Source: an uncultured Gemmatimonadales bacterium (GTDB lineage: Bacteria > Gemmatimonadota > Gemmatimonadetes > Gemmatimonadales > GWC2-71-9). Taken from it: a DNA stretch of 64,000 nt. The stretch lies in NCBI GenBank assembly GCA_963730185.1, contig CAVSQW010000012.1, positions 224,001-288,000 of the forward strand. Reading direction: 5' to 3'. The translations under genes and the position numbers were made by a program. This document shows positions 9,339 through 19,006 of this stretch, in pieces. Below the pieces are notes generated by a model. That model worked only from the letters and a program-made list of their open reading frames with translations, did not search any database and was not told where the DNA came from. Numbering within the stretch: the first letter of the stretch is position 1; each line of letters starts with the position of its first letter.

Positions 9339-10181
9339 ATGCCCCGGAGGCACCTCGAGGTTCGGCCCGTCCGCCAGGCGTTGCTTGGCGCCCTCGCGTT
9401 GGCCGGTTTCCTCCTCGTTCCGTCCTCGATCGTCGCTCAGAAGTCGGAGCCCGTGGTCAAGGGCGTCGTCCAGGACAGCGCCGGCAATCCGCTCGAAGGG
9501 GCCCACGTCCAGCTCTACGGCTCGCCCCGGTTCGAGGCCACCACCGGACCGGACGGGGCCTTCCAGTTCAGCGGGGCGCGCAACGCCCGGTACTGGCTCC
9601 TGGTCCGGCGGATCGGATTCCTGCCCCACCAGGAGAGCCTCACCCTCCAGGACGGCGAGGTCCGCGACGCGCTGGTCACCATGCAGGCGGCGCCGGTCAG
9701 CCTGCCCGAGGTGGTGGTCAAGGCCGCAGGGTCGCGGTACGACCGCCGGATGCGAGACTTCATGTGGCGGTCGCGCTCGTCGTTCGGGGGCCACTTCCTG
9801 ACCCGCGACGACATCGCCCGCTATGACCCCGCCCGGCTCGGCGACCTGGTGATCCGCTACCTCCCCTTCAAGCGAAGCTGGACGCTCGACTACCCCGGCG
9901 GCTGGGGCAACAACGGGCTCACCGGAACCGTCATGGACGTGGGCCGCTTCACCCGGCACCGGAACTACCAGCCCGACTGCTCGCCGGCCGTTGCCCTGAA
10001 CGGAGGTCCGGTGAGCCTGGGCGTGGCGGTCAACGACTTCCAGCCCGAAAACATCGAGGCCCTGGAGGTCTACAAGGAGGGGTCCGACCTGCCGATCGAA
10101 TACACCTTCGGCAACCGAACCAGCTGCGGCCTGGTAGTGATCTGGCTCCGGTCCTACGCTCAGGTCACGCCGGACAGCTGA
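9339..10181 (+). CDS. Carboxypeptidase regulatory-like domain protein with plug-like C-terminus
   Basis: GVVQDSAGNPLEGAHV, RRIGF, LPEVVV, IEALEVY, CGLVVIW; GGGGAGG RBS before ATG 9339. Confidence 0.75.
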   Translation: MPRRHLEVRPVRQALLGALALAGFLLVPSSIVAQKSEPVVKGVVQDSAGNPLEGAHVQLYGSPRFEATTGPDGAFQFSGARNARYWLLVRRIGFLPHQESLTLQDGEVRDALVTMQAAPVSLPEVVVKAAGSRYDRRMRDFMWRSRSSFGGHFLTRDDIARYDPARLGDLVIRYLPFKRSWTLDYPGGWGNNGLTGTVMDVGRFTRHRNYQPDCSPAVALNGGPVSLGVAVNDFQPENIEALEVYKEGSDLPIEYTFGNRTSCGLVVIWLRSYAQVTPDS

Positions 10182-10299
10182 GCGCCGCCGGCCGGCCCAG
10201 CTGGAGAACCCGAGGAGACCTCGGTGCCGCCGGCCCCCGCTGGCCTCCAGGTACCGACCGGATTACCCTCCGTGCTGGCCCTGCTTCTAGGAGTGAACC

Positions 10300-10758
10300 G
10301 TGTCCATTTCTCGCCGCCAATTCCTGGTCGATGCCGCCCTCGCCGGCGTGGCGACCGCGGTGCTGCCCCGCCTGCTCGTGGCTCAAAGTCAGCCAACGCT
10401 GCTGGTCTACAAGGACCCGAGCTGCGGCTGCTGCACCAAGTGGGTCGACCACATGAAGGAGAATGGCTTCGCGGTGTCGGTTCAGCACACCACGAACATG
10501 GGGCAGATCAAGGCGCGCTACCACGTCGCCGACCGGCTCCAAAGCTGCCACACCGCCATCAGCGGCGGGTACGTCATCGAGGGACACGTCCCGGCCGACG
10601 ACGTGAAGCGGCTCCTCAAGGAAAAGCCGAAAGTCACCGGCCTCACGATTCCCGGGATGCCGGCCAGCGCCCCCGGCATGGACATGACGCCCCACCAGCC
10701 GTTCACGGTCCTGGCGTTCGACGCGTCGGGCAAGACCTCAGTCTACGCCAAGCACTAG
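10300..10758 (+). CDS. DUF411 metal (copper)-binding protein, Tat-exported
   Basis: SRRQFL Tat motif; YKDPSCGCCTKW, SCHTA, EGHVP, PGMP. Confidence 0.9.
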   Translation: MSISRRQFLVDAALAGVATAVLPRLLVAQSQPTLLVYKDPSCGCCTKWVDHMKENGFAVSVQHTTNMGQIKARYHVADRLQSCHTAISGGYVIEGHVPADDVKRLLKEKPKVTGLTIPGMPASAPGMDMTPHQPFTVLAFDASGKTSVYAKH

Positions 10759-10770
10759 GCCCCGCCAGCA

Positions 10771-13239
10771 TCACTCCGCCCGGAGTGCGGTAACCGGATC
10801 GATCCCGGCGGCGCGCCGGGCGGGGAGATAGCTCGCCAGCAGGACCACGCCCGCGATGATCGCGGCGACGCCGCCGTAGGTCAGCGGATCGAACGGGCGA
10901 ACCCCGTAGAGCAGCGACGCCATCAGTCGGCTCAGGACGAAGGCCGCCACCAGCCCGACGGCGAGCCCGATCGCGGCGACGACCGCCGCCTGGCGCACGA
11001 CCATGCCGCGCACCTCACCGGGGCGAGCCCCGAGCGCGATTCGGACCCCGATTTCCCGAGTCCGCTGCGCCACGATATACGAGATCACCCCGTAGATCCC
11101 CACCAGCCCCAGGATCAGGGCGACCAGCGCGGCGATCGCCAGCATCACCATCGCGAACGACGCCCGGGCCATCGAGTGTCGCACCAGGGCGCCCAGCGTG
11201 GTCACCCGAGCAATGGCCAGGTCCCGGTTCACCGACCAGACCGCGCTCCGGATCTCGGGCAGGAGGCTCGGCACTCGCTCCCGGGACGCTCGGACCACCA
11301 CGTTGAAGCCGCGCGGCACGAACAAGCTCTCGTCCCAGAAGTGTGCCAGCGCCATCGGCCAGTAGATCAGCGGCGGAGCGGGCTGGCTCACCCCGGCGTC
11401 GCGCACGTCGGCTACGACCCCGACGACTTGGTACCAGACCGGCGTCGCCCCGATGAAGTCGCGGATCCGCCGGCCGATGGCCGCGGTCGGGTCGCCCCAG
11501 TACTGCCGAGCCACGCGCTCGCTCACCACCACCACCTTGGCCCGCTGGGACACGTCGTCCCAGGTGAGCATCCGGCCGGCCAGGAGGGGCGTCCCCAGCG
11601 TCTCCAGGTAACCCGGCGAGCTGAAGACGAACCGCATCAGGGGCGGGAGCTTCTCCTGCGCGGCCTCCTGGTCTTCGACCAGAATGGGGCTGTTCGATCC
11701 GGTGCCGCCGTCGAGGGCTAGCTTCGAGGAGCCACCCGCGGAGGTGACGCCCGGGATCTGCTCCAAGCGGGCGAGCAGCGTCCGCTCCAGCTCGGCCACG
11801 TCGCCCGACTGGGCGACTTCGGCCGAGGGGACGTCGACCCGGAAGGTCAGGACCTCGTCGGGACGCCGCACACCGGGATCCACGTGACGAAGCGCCAGAA
11901 CGCTCCGGACCATGAGCCCCGAGCCAATCAGGAGCACCAGCGCGAGGGCGACCTGCACCACCACCAGGCCATTTCGGATTCGATGACGTTCCCGGCCGCC
12001 GCTCGAGCCGCGACCGCCTTCCTTGAGCCCGGCGATCAGGTTGGGGCGGCCGTAGCGCAGCGCCGGCATCAGCCCGAAGAGGAGCCCCGCCAGGAGCGAC
12101 ACGGCGGCGGTGAAGCCCAAGACCGGGCCGTCGATGCCGATCGCCCCGAGACGCGGGAGGTCCGGCCCCAGCGTGAGGAGGAGCCGGAGCCCGCCATAGG
12201 CCAGCCCCACGCCGACCGTGCCGGCAATGAGACCGAGCACCAGACTCTCGGTCACGAACCCGCCGACGATCCGACCGCGGCTGGCCCCGAGCGCCGTCCT
12301 CACGGCCATCTCACGCTGGCGCCCCTCGGCCTGGACCATGAAGAGGTTGGCGACGTTGGCGCAGGCCAACAACAGCACGATCCCCACCGTGCCGAGCAGC
12401 ACCCAGAGCATCGGCCCAACGTCGCCCACCACATCGTCCTTGAGGGGACGAACCGCCGACCGGAATCCCGCCTGGTGGAACTGATCGAGCGACACCGGCC
12501 CGGGATAGCGGGCGACCTCGCGCGGCAGGATCCGGTCGAGCTCCTGATTAGCCTGCTCGATGGTCACGCCCGGGGCCAGTCGCGCCATGCCGGGGTAGTT
12601 GAAGCCGGCCATGATGGCGTGGGCCGGGTCCAGCTGGGCGGCGAGATAGAGATCGGCACGGTGCTCCAGGATCTGGAAACTTTCGGGCAGGACGCCGATG
12701 ACCTCGAAGGCGCGGCCATCGATGGTGAGGCTCCTGCCCACCACATCCTTTCGTCCCGCGAACCGGCGCTGCCAGTACCCGTAGCTCAGCACGGTAGTGA
12801 GCGGGCCGCCGGGCACGTCGTCGGCCGGGCCAAACACCCGGCCGATCAACGGAACGGCGCCGAGAAGCGGAAGGGTCCGCTCGGTCACAGCGATGGCCGG
12901 CACCCGCTCCGGCTCACCCGATCCGGTGATGGTGACCTCGTCGTCTTCCATCAGCCCGAGGTCCTGGATGGTGTGCGCTTCCGCTCGGTAGGTGAAGTAA
13001 TCGCCTGGCGAGAGATTGAGCCGGTCGGAGGACAGGTTGGGCGCCAGGTGTCCCACTCCGACCAGCCGCTCGGCATTGGGATAGGGCAACCCCCGAAGAA
13101 GCACGCCGTCGACCACGCTGAAAATCGCGGCGTTGGCGCCGATCCCCACGGCCAGGGTGATCACGGCGATCGTGGTAAAGACCGGCGCGCGGCGGAGCCG
13201 CCGAACCGCCAGGCGGATCTGGCTCCTCAGCTCGGACAT
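10771..13239 (-). CDS. ABC transporter permease, duplicated MacB/FtsX (ADOP family)
   Basis: LAVGIGANAAIFS, LACANVANL, REMAVRTALGA, REIGVRIALGA, PARRAAGIDPVTALRAE. Confidence 0.93.
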   Translation of the reverse strand: MSELRSQIRLAVRRLRRAPVFTTIAVITLAVGIGANAAIFSVVDGVLLRGLPYPNAERLVGVGHLAPNLSSDRLNLSPGDYFTYRAEAHTIQDLGLMEDDEVTITGSGEPERVPAIAVTERTLPLLGAVPLIGRVFGPADDVPGGPLTTVLSYGYWQRRFAGRKDVVGRSLTIDGRAFEVIGVLPESFQILEHRADLYLAAQLDPAHAIMAGFNYPGMARLAPGVTIEQANQELDRILPREVARYPGPVSLDQFHQAGFRSAVRPLKDDVVGDVGPMLWVLLGTVGIVLLLACANVANLFMVQAEGRQREMAVRTALGASRGRIVGGFVTESLVLGLIAGTVGVGLAYGGLRLLLTLGPDLPRLGAIGIDGPVLGFTAAVSLLAGLLFGLMPALRYGRPNLIAGLKEGGRGSSGGRERHRIRNGLVVVQVALALVLLIGSGLMVRSVLALRHVDPGVRRPDEVLTFRVDVPSAEVAQSGDVAELERTLLARLEQIPGVTSAGGSSKLALDGGTGSNSPILVEDQEAAQEKLPPLMRFVFSSPGYLETLGTPLLAGRMLTWDDVSQRAKVVVVSERVARQYWGDPTAAIGRRIRDFIGATPVWYQVVGVVADVRDAGVSQPAPPLIYWPMALAHFWDESLFVPRGFNVVVRASRERVPSLLPEIRSAVWSVNRDLAIARVTTLGALVRHSMARASFAMVMLAIAALVALILGLVGIYGVISYIVAQRTREIGVRIALGARPGEVRGMVVRQAAVVAAIGLAVGLVAAFVLSRLMASLLYGVRPFDPLTYGGVAAIIAGVVLLASYLPARRAAGIDPVTALRAE

Positions 13240-13269
13240 CGGGACCTCGGGGGCGGAGACCCCGTGCTG

Positions 13270-13295
13270 TACGTCGATCGCGCCCGCCCGGTTTC
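13270..13295 (-). promoter_or_regulatory. ECF sigma-type promoter GAAAC-N17-CGTA
   Basis: 30 nt upstream of the permease ATG; same pattern at three other loci. Confidence 0.55.
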
Positions 13296-13320
13296 GACCT
13301 CAAACCGGGGTAACGACGAA

Positions 13321-13344
13321 GAAGGCGGCCGGTCGGCCGCCTTC
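13321..13344 (-). terminator. Intrinsic terminator-like hairpin after the beta-propeller gene
   Basis: GAAGGCGGCC-GGTC-GGCCGCCTTC, perfect 10-bp stem, followed by TTCGTCGTT on the minus strand. Confidence 0.7.
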
Positions 13345-13370
13345 TCGTTCGGACTGATTGCCGCGCGAGG

Positions 13371-14780
13371 TCAGCGCCCGCCCGCTCCGGTCGCCATCCG
13401 GCCGCCGGCCCCGCCGGTCGGGCCGTTGTTCCAATCCTGCGAGCTGGAGAGGTTGGGCATTCCCCAGTCGTTGCCGTTCCAGCCGTCGAAGCCCTCGAGC
13501 TTGAAGGCCCAGAAGCCGGTGTTCGAGTCGCTGATCACGATCAGGCCGTCGTAGTCGCGGACCTTGATCCCGAAGGCGCCGTTGAAGACGCTCTCGCCTT
13601 CCCAGGCCGGAACGCCGCCGAAGCCCTTGTTGTGGATGCACTGGCAGGTGAAGTACCAGCCCATCGTGAAGGGATTCTCGGGATCGGTCATGTTGAAGAC
13701 CTGGAGCCCGTCCTCGTAAGCGGAGACGAAGACGTAGGGCCACTTGATCTCGTGGTTGTGTGAGAGCGCGTGCCAGTCGGCGGTCCAGGCGCCGACCGGG
13801 CGTCCGATCGAGTTGACCCGGCCCTCGAGCCCCGGCCGGAGGTCGAACAGCCGGAGCGGCGCGTACTGATACTCGGCCTCGGTCACCGCGAACTTACCGT
13901 CGGGGGTCGGAGTGAAGGTGTGGCCGTTGGTGACGCCCGACGCGCCCACGATCTGGGTGACCAGCTTGGGCTCTTCCTTGCCGATGTTGGTCACGTCGTA
14001 GATGAAGTACCCGCCCCGGCCCGCGCCGTAGAACTTGTCCTGGTGGGTCGAGGGGTCGTACTGCACCTGGAAGTCGTGGAAACCGTAGTTGCCGAGGGCG
14101 GTGTTGGCGTTCCGGGGAATCGGCACCCGCCCGATCATCCAGGTGTTCTCCGGGGCGCCCGAGACCACTTTCTCCATGTCGTACACGTTGGCGTAAGGTC
14201 CGCCGATCGTGGTGAAGAGCAGGACCCGGCCGTCGGAGTGCTTGTAGGTGAAGATGTTGTGGAACCCGCCCAGGTACTCCTTCTCCCGAATCCGGGCCAC
14301 GATCCGGATCTTGCTGGTGTCCGGCAGGCTGGTGACGTCGGCCACCACCGCGCCCAGGTCGGAGTCGGGGCCGCTCTGGCCGAACTGGAGCGACTGCACG
14401 TAGTAGTACTTGCCCTTGAGCTTGAAGTACTTCCCGTCCATGCCGCCGGTCCCGCCGTGCAGCTCGGGGTTCTCGATCACCCAGCTGTAGATCTTCTTGA
14501 ACTGGTAGTCCTTGGTCGAGATGATGGTGAAGCCTTGGCGGTCCCGGCTCTGGGACACGTAGGTGTACGGCCGGCCCGGCTCCTGCTCGATCTCGTTGTC
14601 CATCACCCGGAAGAAGCCGCCGAGGGGGATGTGCGCGAGGACCTTGAGGTTGGGACTACCGCCCACCTTGTACTGGACCGGCTGCTGGGTCCATTGAGCG
14701 GAAGCGCTCGCACCGCCCAGCAGGGCGCCCAGCAGGGCCAGCCCGAGCGCGCGGGCAGCAGTTCGACTGCGCGTGACCAT
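13371..14780 (-). CDS. Secreted LVIVD-repeat / choice-of-anchor-B-like beta-propeller protein
   Basis: Signal peptide; repeats GAVVADVT, YFIYDVTN, LRLFDLR, GLQVFNMTDP, SDSNTGFW; several conserved-looking His. Confidence 0.7.
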   Translation of the reverse strand: MVTRSRTAARALGLALLGALLGGASASAQWTQQPVQYKVGGSPNLKVLAHIPLGGFFRVMDNEIEQEPGRPYTYVSQSRDRQGFTIISTKDYQFKKIYSWVIENPELHGGTGGMDGKYFKLKGKYYYVQSLQFGQSGPDSDLGAVVADVTSLPDTSKIRIVARIREKEYLGGFHNIFTYKHSDGRVLLFTTIGGPYANVYDMEKVVSGAPENTWMIGRVPIPRNANTALGNYGFHDFQVQYDPSTHQDKFYGAGRGGYFIYDVTNIGKEEPKLVTQIVGASGVTNGHTFTPTPDGKFAVTEAEYQYAPLRLFDLRPGLEGRVNSIGRPVGAWTADWHALSHNHEIKWPYVFVSAYEDGLQVFNMTDPENPFTMGWYFTCQCIHNKGFGGVPAWEGESVFNGAFGIKVRDYDGLIVISDSNTGFWAFKLEGFDGWNGNDWGMPNLSSSQDWNNGPTGGAGGRMATGAGGR

Positions 14781-14856
14781 GACGTGTCCTCGTCGGAATG
14801 TGGTTGGGATTCGGAATTGTATACCTACCGTCCGGCCCAGCGACTGTCAAGCAGCC

Positions 14857-16572
14857 TCAGGGGTCCACCTGGAAGGCCATCATCATCCCGGCCTCGAGGT
14901 GCTCGGCGATGTGACAATGGGCCATCCACCGCCCCGGATTGGTCAGCTCCAACAGGAAGTCGACCGTCTGGCCCACCGGGAGGAGGATGGTATCGCGCCA
15001 GGCCAGGTTCTCCTCGGGGATCCCGTTCCGGGCCAGGATCAGGAGCCGCTGGCCGTGGAAGTGGATCGGGTGGCTCATCGGGTGCATCGAGAGGGCGTCG
15101 TTGGTCATCCGGATCTTGACCACATCGCCCTTCTTGAAGTGCCACCCGATGTCCATGTTCTCCTCCTTGGTGTCCTGGTCCCGCATGATCCAGTGCACAT
15201 CGGCGGCGGTGGACACCCAGTTCATCTCCGGCATCCCGTCGGCCCACTCCTGGGGCGGGAAGTACATCGTGTCCACCGACATGAACGCGGTGATCAAAAT
15301 GGGGAGCCCCTGGATGTTCACTGTGAGCAGCAGGTGCTTGTCCGGGGCCTTGTCGAAATACTTCCGGTAGGGCTCCACCTCGTCGGACACCGCTTTCACG
15401 GCACGCAGGGCGGTGAACTCCTTGGCGTAGCTCTTGGGGCCGGCCGACCTGCCCACCGTCACCAGCCCCAGGGTGTCGACCGAGGACTGGAACTCGCCGA
15501 AGAAGTTGTTCAAGGCCTGAACCTGGTTCACGATCGCGTAGGTGCCGGGTTGATCGAACTTCACCTCGGCCACGTACCGCTGGGCCGGCGCGATCACCAC
15601 CGAGGGCACCATCTGCTCCTGCTCGAACCGGCTGATGTCGGCGGCGATCAGCTTGATCGGGTTCCCCCCGAAGCTCAGGTTCATGGTCCGGGCGTTGGCC
15701 ACGTTGGTGAGGAGAAACCGCACCACGTCGCCCTTGTTCACCGACAGTTGGTAGTTCGGCTCGCCGTTCACCAGGAAGACGTTCCCGAACCGGCCCATGA
15801 TCGAGTAGTTGCCGACATTCTGCCCGTAAGGCAGGACGCCGTGGTCGTCCATCAGGAGGTCGTCCAGCATCAGGACCTCCTCCCGGTTGACCGGGCTGTA
15901 GTACCCGGGATCGGGGGAGTCGACCATCAGGTTGCCGTAGAGACCCTGGTCCTGCTGGATGTCCTCCCGCACGTGCGGGTGATACCAGTAGATCCCGGCG
16001 TCGGGGAACCTGATGTGGTAGACGAACGAGCCGCCGGGCGGCACCGGATCCTGGGTGACCCCGGGCACGCCGTCGGAGCGGTTGTCGATCCGGATGCCGT
16101 GCCAGTGAACGGTGGACGGCTGGTCGATCCTGTTGAGAAACCGCACGGTGATCTGGGATGCCTGCTTCACCCGGAACAGCGGGCCGGGATACTGCCCGTC
16201 GAAGCCGTACATCACATAGGTCTTACCGTTGATGGTGCGGCGGACGAAGCCGGCCGTGAGGTCGACCGAGTCGCCGTCGGCCACCTCCACCAGCTTGCGA
16301 GGTACGGCTGCCGGCACCGACGCGGGATCCATTCCGTCGCCGGGGAGGTAGGGCTTGATCCTCGGGGCGATCCCTGCCATGCCCGGGATCATCGGCATCT
16401 TCATGCCCTTGGGCATGGGTGGCATCCGGTCGGGGCCGGCGCCGTGATCCATGTGCTGCATGTCGTGCTGCCGATGGGTGGTATCGGCCTGCGCCGCCAC
16501 CTGGCCCGCGCCCATCAGCGTCGCGACGACCAGCATCGCCGCGGTCGAGGGCCCGCGGCCCGCTCGCCTCAC
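14857..16572 (-). CDS. Three-domain multicopper oxidase with His/Met-rich N-terminus
   Basis: HWHG, WYHPH, HPIHFHG, HCHIAEHLEAGM copper-ligand motifs. Confidence 0.95.
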   Translation of the reverse strand: MRRAGRGPSTAAMLVVATLMGAGQVAAQADTTHRQHDMQHMDHGAGPDRMPPMPKGMKMPMIPGMAGIAPRIKPYLPGDGMDPASVPAAVPRKLVEVADGDSVDLTAGFVRRTINGKTYVMYGFDGQYPGPLFRVKQASQITVRFLNRIDQPSTVHWHGIRIDNRSDGVPGVTQDPVPPGGSFVYHIRFPDAGIYWYHPHVREDIQQDQGLYGNLMVDSPDPGYYSPVNREEVLMLDDLLMDDHGVLPYGQNVGNYSIMGRFGNVFLVNGEPNYQLSVNKGDVVRFLLTNVANARTMNLSFGGNPIKLIAADISRFEQEQMVPSVVIAPAQRYVAEVKFDQPGTYAIVNQVQALNNFFGEFQSSVDTLGLVTVGRSAGPKSYAKEFTALRAVKAVSDEVEPYRKYFDKAPDKHLLLTVNIQGLPILITAFMSVDTMYFPPQEWADGMPEMNWVSTAADVHWIMRDQDTKEENMDIGWHFKKGDVVKIRMTNDALSMHPMSHPIHFHGQRLLILARNGIPEENLAWRDTILLPVGQTVDFLLELTNPGRWMAHCHIAEHLEAGMMMAFQVDP

Positions 16573-17078
16573 CGCGGCACCCCGCCGTTGAACATCTCTT
16601 CACTGGAGAAGTTGGAGAGATAGCTCGACGGAGACCGGCCCCGCAGCACGATCGGCCCCGCCCACTTCTCGCCGTCCGGTGTCGCCTCGGCCGTCACGAT
16701 CACCATGTACTTGTTCATCGCCACCTTGCCCTTGACGGACCCGCCGGCCTGGAAGGCGCCGATCCGGACGACCTTGCTCAAGTCGTTCGAGGTGATCCAG
16801 GCGACGTACGTATGATAGGCCGGGCCGAACGCGGCGACCGGCGGCAGCGTGGCGGCCTCGACCTCGATGTTGAAGATGAAGTACCCGTCTTCGGTCATCG
16901 CCAGCCCGAACGGCGAGCGGGCGGGGGTGAGCTTGGCCTTGCCCTCCATCCGAGAAGAAGGCCCCACACCTTCGAGCGGGATCTCGTAGAGATCGGGGCG
17001 GAAGGCGCCGGTCAGGGTTACCAGACCGACCATGAGCACGACTCGTCTGGCGAGCCGGCCGAACACGAGGATTGTCAT
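16569..17078 (-). CDS. Exported hypothetical protein (RskA C-terminal-like motif pattern), coupled to the multicopper oxidase
   Basis: GTGA overlap with the oxidase start; YVAW...IVTAE...GPIVLRG pattern. Confidence 0.65.
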   Translation of the reverse strand: MTILVFGRLARRVVLMVGLVTLTGAFRPDLYEIPLEGVGPSSRMEGKAKLTPARSPFGLAMTEDGYFIFNIEVEAATLPPVAAFGPAYHTYVAWITSNDLSKVVRIGAFQAGGSVKGKVAMNKYMVIVTAEATPDGEKWAGPIVLRGRSPSSYLSNFSSEEMFNGGVPR

Positions 17079-17113
17079 GTGGGAAACCCTGCTCGGAGAA
17101 GCCGGAAAGGTGT

Positions 17114-17143
17114 ACCGTACCCAGGAAAACGCCGGGGTGTCAA
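17114..17143 (-). promoter_or_regulatory. Putative sigma70 promoter TTGACA-N18-TACGGT with internal imperfect inverted repeat
   Basis: -35 at 17143-17138; ACCCAGG-N6-CCGGGGT at 17119-17138. Confidence 0.45.
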
Positions 17144-17460
17144 GCGAGGCTGGCCGGACCCCGGTGGTCAGACCCGGGCCGGCCGGTCTTGCACCCCGGC
17201 AACCGGCGACGAACTGCAGTCCTGCCCGTCCGGATGAGGCGAAGGCTGGGGATGATGACCGCCGCCGGCGACGCGGCGAAACCTCGTTCCTGATCGTTAG
17301 GCATCATAGCCGAGGGAACCGGGCAGGCTCAAGGAATTCAAGTCGGGTCGCAGACGCCACGTCTCGAGTGCTTCGTCCCGAGCCTCGTCGCGAGGCTGCT
17401 CGTGGCGTGCCGTACGAGGAGCGGCCCTGCCCAGCCGAACCGAGGCGGCGGGCCGCGGCG

Positions 17461-18456
17461 TCAGGCGGATGGGGCTGCTGCCGGCGCCGAGGCGAGCACC
17501 ACTTTGCCCGTCCTGCCGCCCCGGCGCTGCGCCCCGAGCGCCCGCCTGAACTCGTTCAACCGGAACCGGGCAGCGACCGGCAGGAGCTCTGGCTCCGACG
17601 CCAGCAGCGCCCAGCATTCGGCCATGGCAGCGGCGAGCGTCTCGGGCGAGGTGCCTGCGGTCCAGGCGTCGATGCCGAAGCCCTGCCAGAGGAGGTGGCG
17701 ATCCAGCACGGTCGCCGCCCGGAACTCGAAGGGACGGTCGTCGAGCACGCCGTACGAGATCAACCGGCCGCCCGGCGTTGCCGCCGCGATCAGATCGAGC
17801 GTCGTCGGCCCGCCCACCGCATCCAGCACCAGGTCGAAGCCGGGCTGGCCCTGCAGCGCTTCGGCCACGGTTGCGCCGTGCGCAACTGGCTCGTCGCGCT
17901 CGCCATCGAGTAGGGCGTAGCCGCCTGCTTCGCGCGCCAGGCGATGCAACGCCAGGCCCCGGCGTCGCGCGAGGGCGGCCAGGATCCTGACGACGGTGGA
18001 GCGCCCGGCCGTCGCGAGGATCCGCGCGCCGCGAACCGGCCGGCCCATGTCGAGCAGGCCCCATGCCGTCGGCGGGTTGAGGGCGAACTGGCATGCCAGC
18101 TCGTCGGGAATGCTGGCCGAGAGGGAGGCCGGAACGGGATGGGCTCGGGCGGCCGGAACCACCGCGAACTCCGCCCAGGCACCTGGCGACCGAAAGGCCA
18201 CGCGCTGACCGCGTGCCAGGCCCTTCACGTCTTCGCCCACCTCGGTCACCACCCCGACGCCATCGAAGCCGGCGATCTGGGGAAAGCGCGGCTGCACACG
18301 GTAGCGGCCGGCGATGAACATCAGATCCGCGGGCTGCAGGCAGCGGGCGAGCACGTTGACCATCGCCTCGCCGGCACCGGGGCTGGGAATCGGCAGGTCG
18401 CGAAGGGCGAGCACCTGCTCGGCCGGACCCGTCCGCTCGAAGACGACGGCTTCCAT
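17461..18456 (-). CDS. MDR-family (zinc-binding dehydrogenase / quinone oxidoreductase-like) oxidoreductase
   Basis: MEAVVFERTGP, PADLMFIAGRY, GAWAEF, NPPTAWGLL, DLVLDAVGG, GKVVL; ATG 18456 preferred. Confidence 0.85.
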   Translation of the reverse strand: MEAVVFERTGPAEQVLALRDLPIPSPGAGEAMVNVLARCLQPADLMFIAGRYRVQPRFPQIAGFDGVGVVTEVGEDVKGLARGQRVAFRSPGAWAEFAVVPAARAHPVPASLSASIPDELACQFALNPPTAWGLLDMGRPVRGARILATAGRSTVVRILAALARRRGLALHRLAREAGGYALLDGERDEPVAHGATVAEALQGQPGFDLVLDAVGGPTTLDLIAAATPGGRLISYGVLDDRPFEFRAATVLDRHLLWQGFGIDAWTAGTSPETLAAAMAECWALLASEPELLPVAARFRLNEFRRALGAQRRGGRTGKVVLASAPAAAPSA

Positions 18457-18541
18457 GCCTGGATTTCCATCCGGGGTTGCGATCGCGCCGGCGACCCGGT
18501 GCACGGTCTTCCGGTTGTGGGTGTCGGGCACGAACGTCACG

Positions 18542-19006
18542 TCACGTGGCGACGAACGGCTGGTCCGGCAATGGCGTCTGGAAACTCACGTTCAGCATGT
18601 TGAACGCGCGGATCGCGGCAACCGCGCAGCTGAGCTCCGTGATCTCCGGTTCCTGGAAATGCTCGCGCAGGTCGCGGAACTCGGCGTCGCTCGGAACCCG
18701 CTGCGGAATCGCGTTGACGGATTCGGCCCAGGCGAGTGCCGCACGCTCCCGCTCACTGAAGAAGCGGGGCGCGTCACGCCACCCCGCCACCGCATGGAGG
18801 TGGCGGACGTCGACGCCCAGGCGCGTGAGCGCCGCCGCGTGCATGTCGATGCAGAAGGCACATCCGTTGATCTGGGAGATGCGCAGCCTCGTCAACTCCA
18901 GCAGTCGCAGATCGAGCGACGGCGCGGCCGCGGCCGAGAAGGCGACGAGGGACTGCACCGACGCGGGGGCAGCGGCATAATAGTTCATGCGAGGTTCGTG
19001 GGTCAT
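18542..19006 (-). CDS. Carboxymuconolactone decarboxylase / AhpD family protein
   Basis: LRISQINGCAFCIDMH, ERERAALAWAE; AGGAG RBS before ATG 19006. Confidence 0.92.
   Translation of the reverse strand: MTHEPRMNYYAAAPASVQSLVAFSAAAAPSLDLRLLELTRLRISQINGCAFCIDMHAAALTRLGVDVRHLHAVAGWRDAPRFFSERERAALAWAESVNAIPQRVPSDAEFRDLREHFQEPEITELSCAVAAIRAFNMLNVSFQTPLPDQPFVAT

Noticed and set aside
10252..10261. TACCGACCGG half-site of the TetR operator upstream of DUF411
   Set aside because: Only half the palindrome is present; plausible by chance.
13371..14780. Methanethiol oxidase (SBP56/MtoX), given the nearby mddA and copper genes
   Set aside because: The sequence looks LVIVD-like and I recognise no SBP56 motifs; proximity alone is insufficient.
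17251..17290. Hammerhead-like ATGATGA-stem-GAAAC
   Set aside because: The core lacks the C of CUGANGA, stem II register is off, and I found no stem III/NUH partner.
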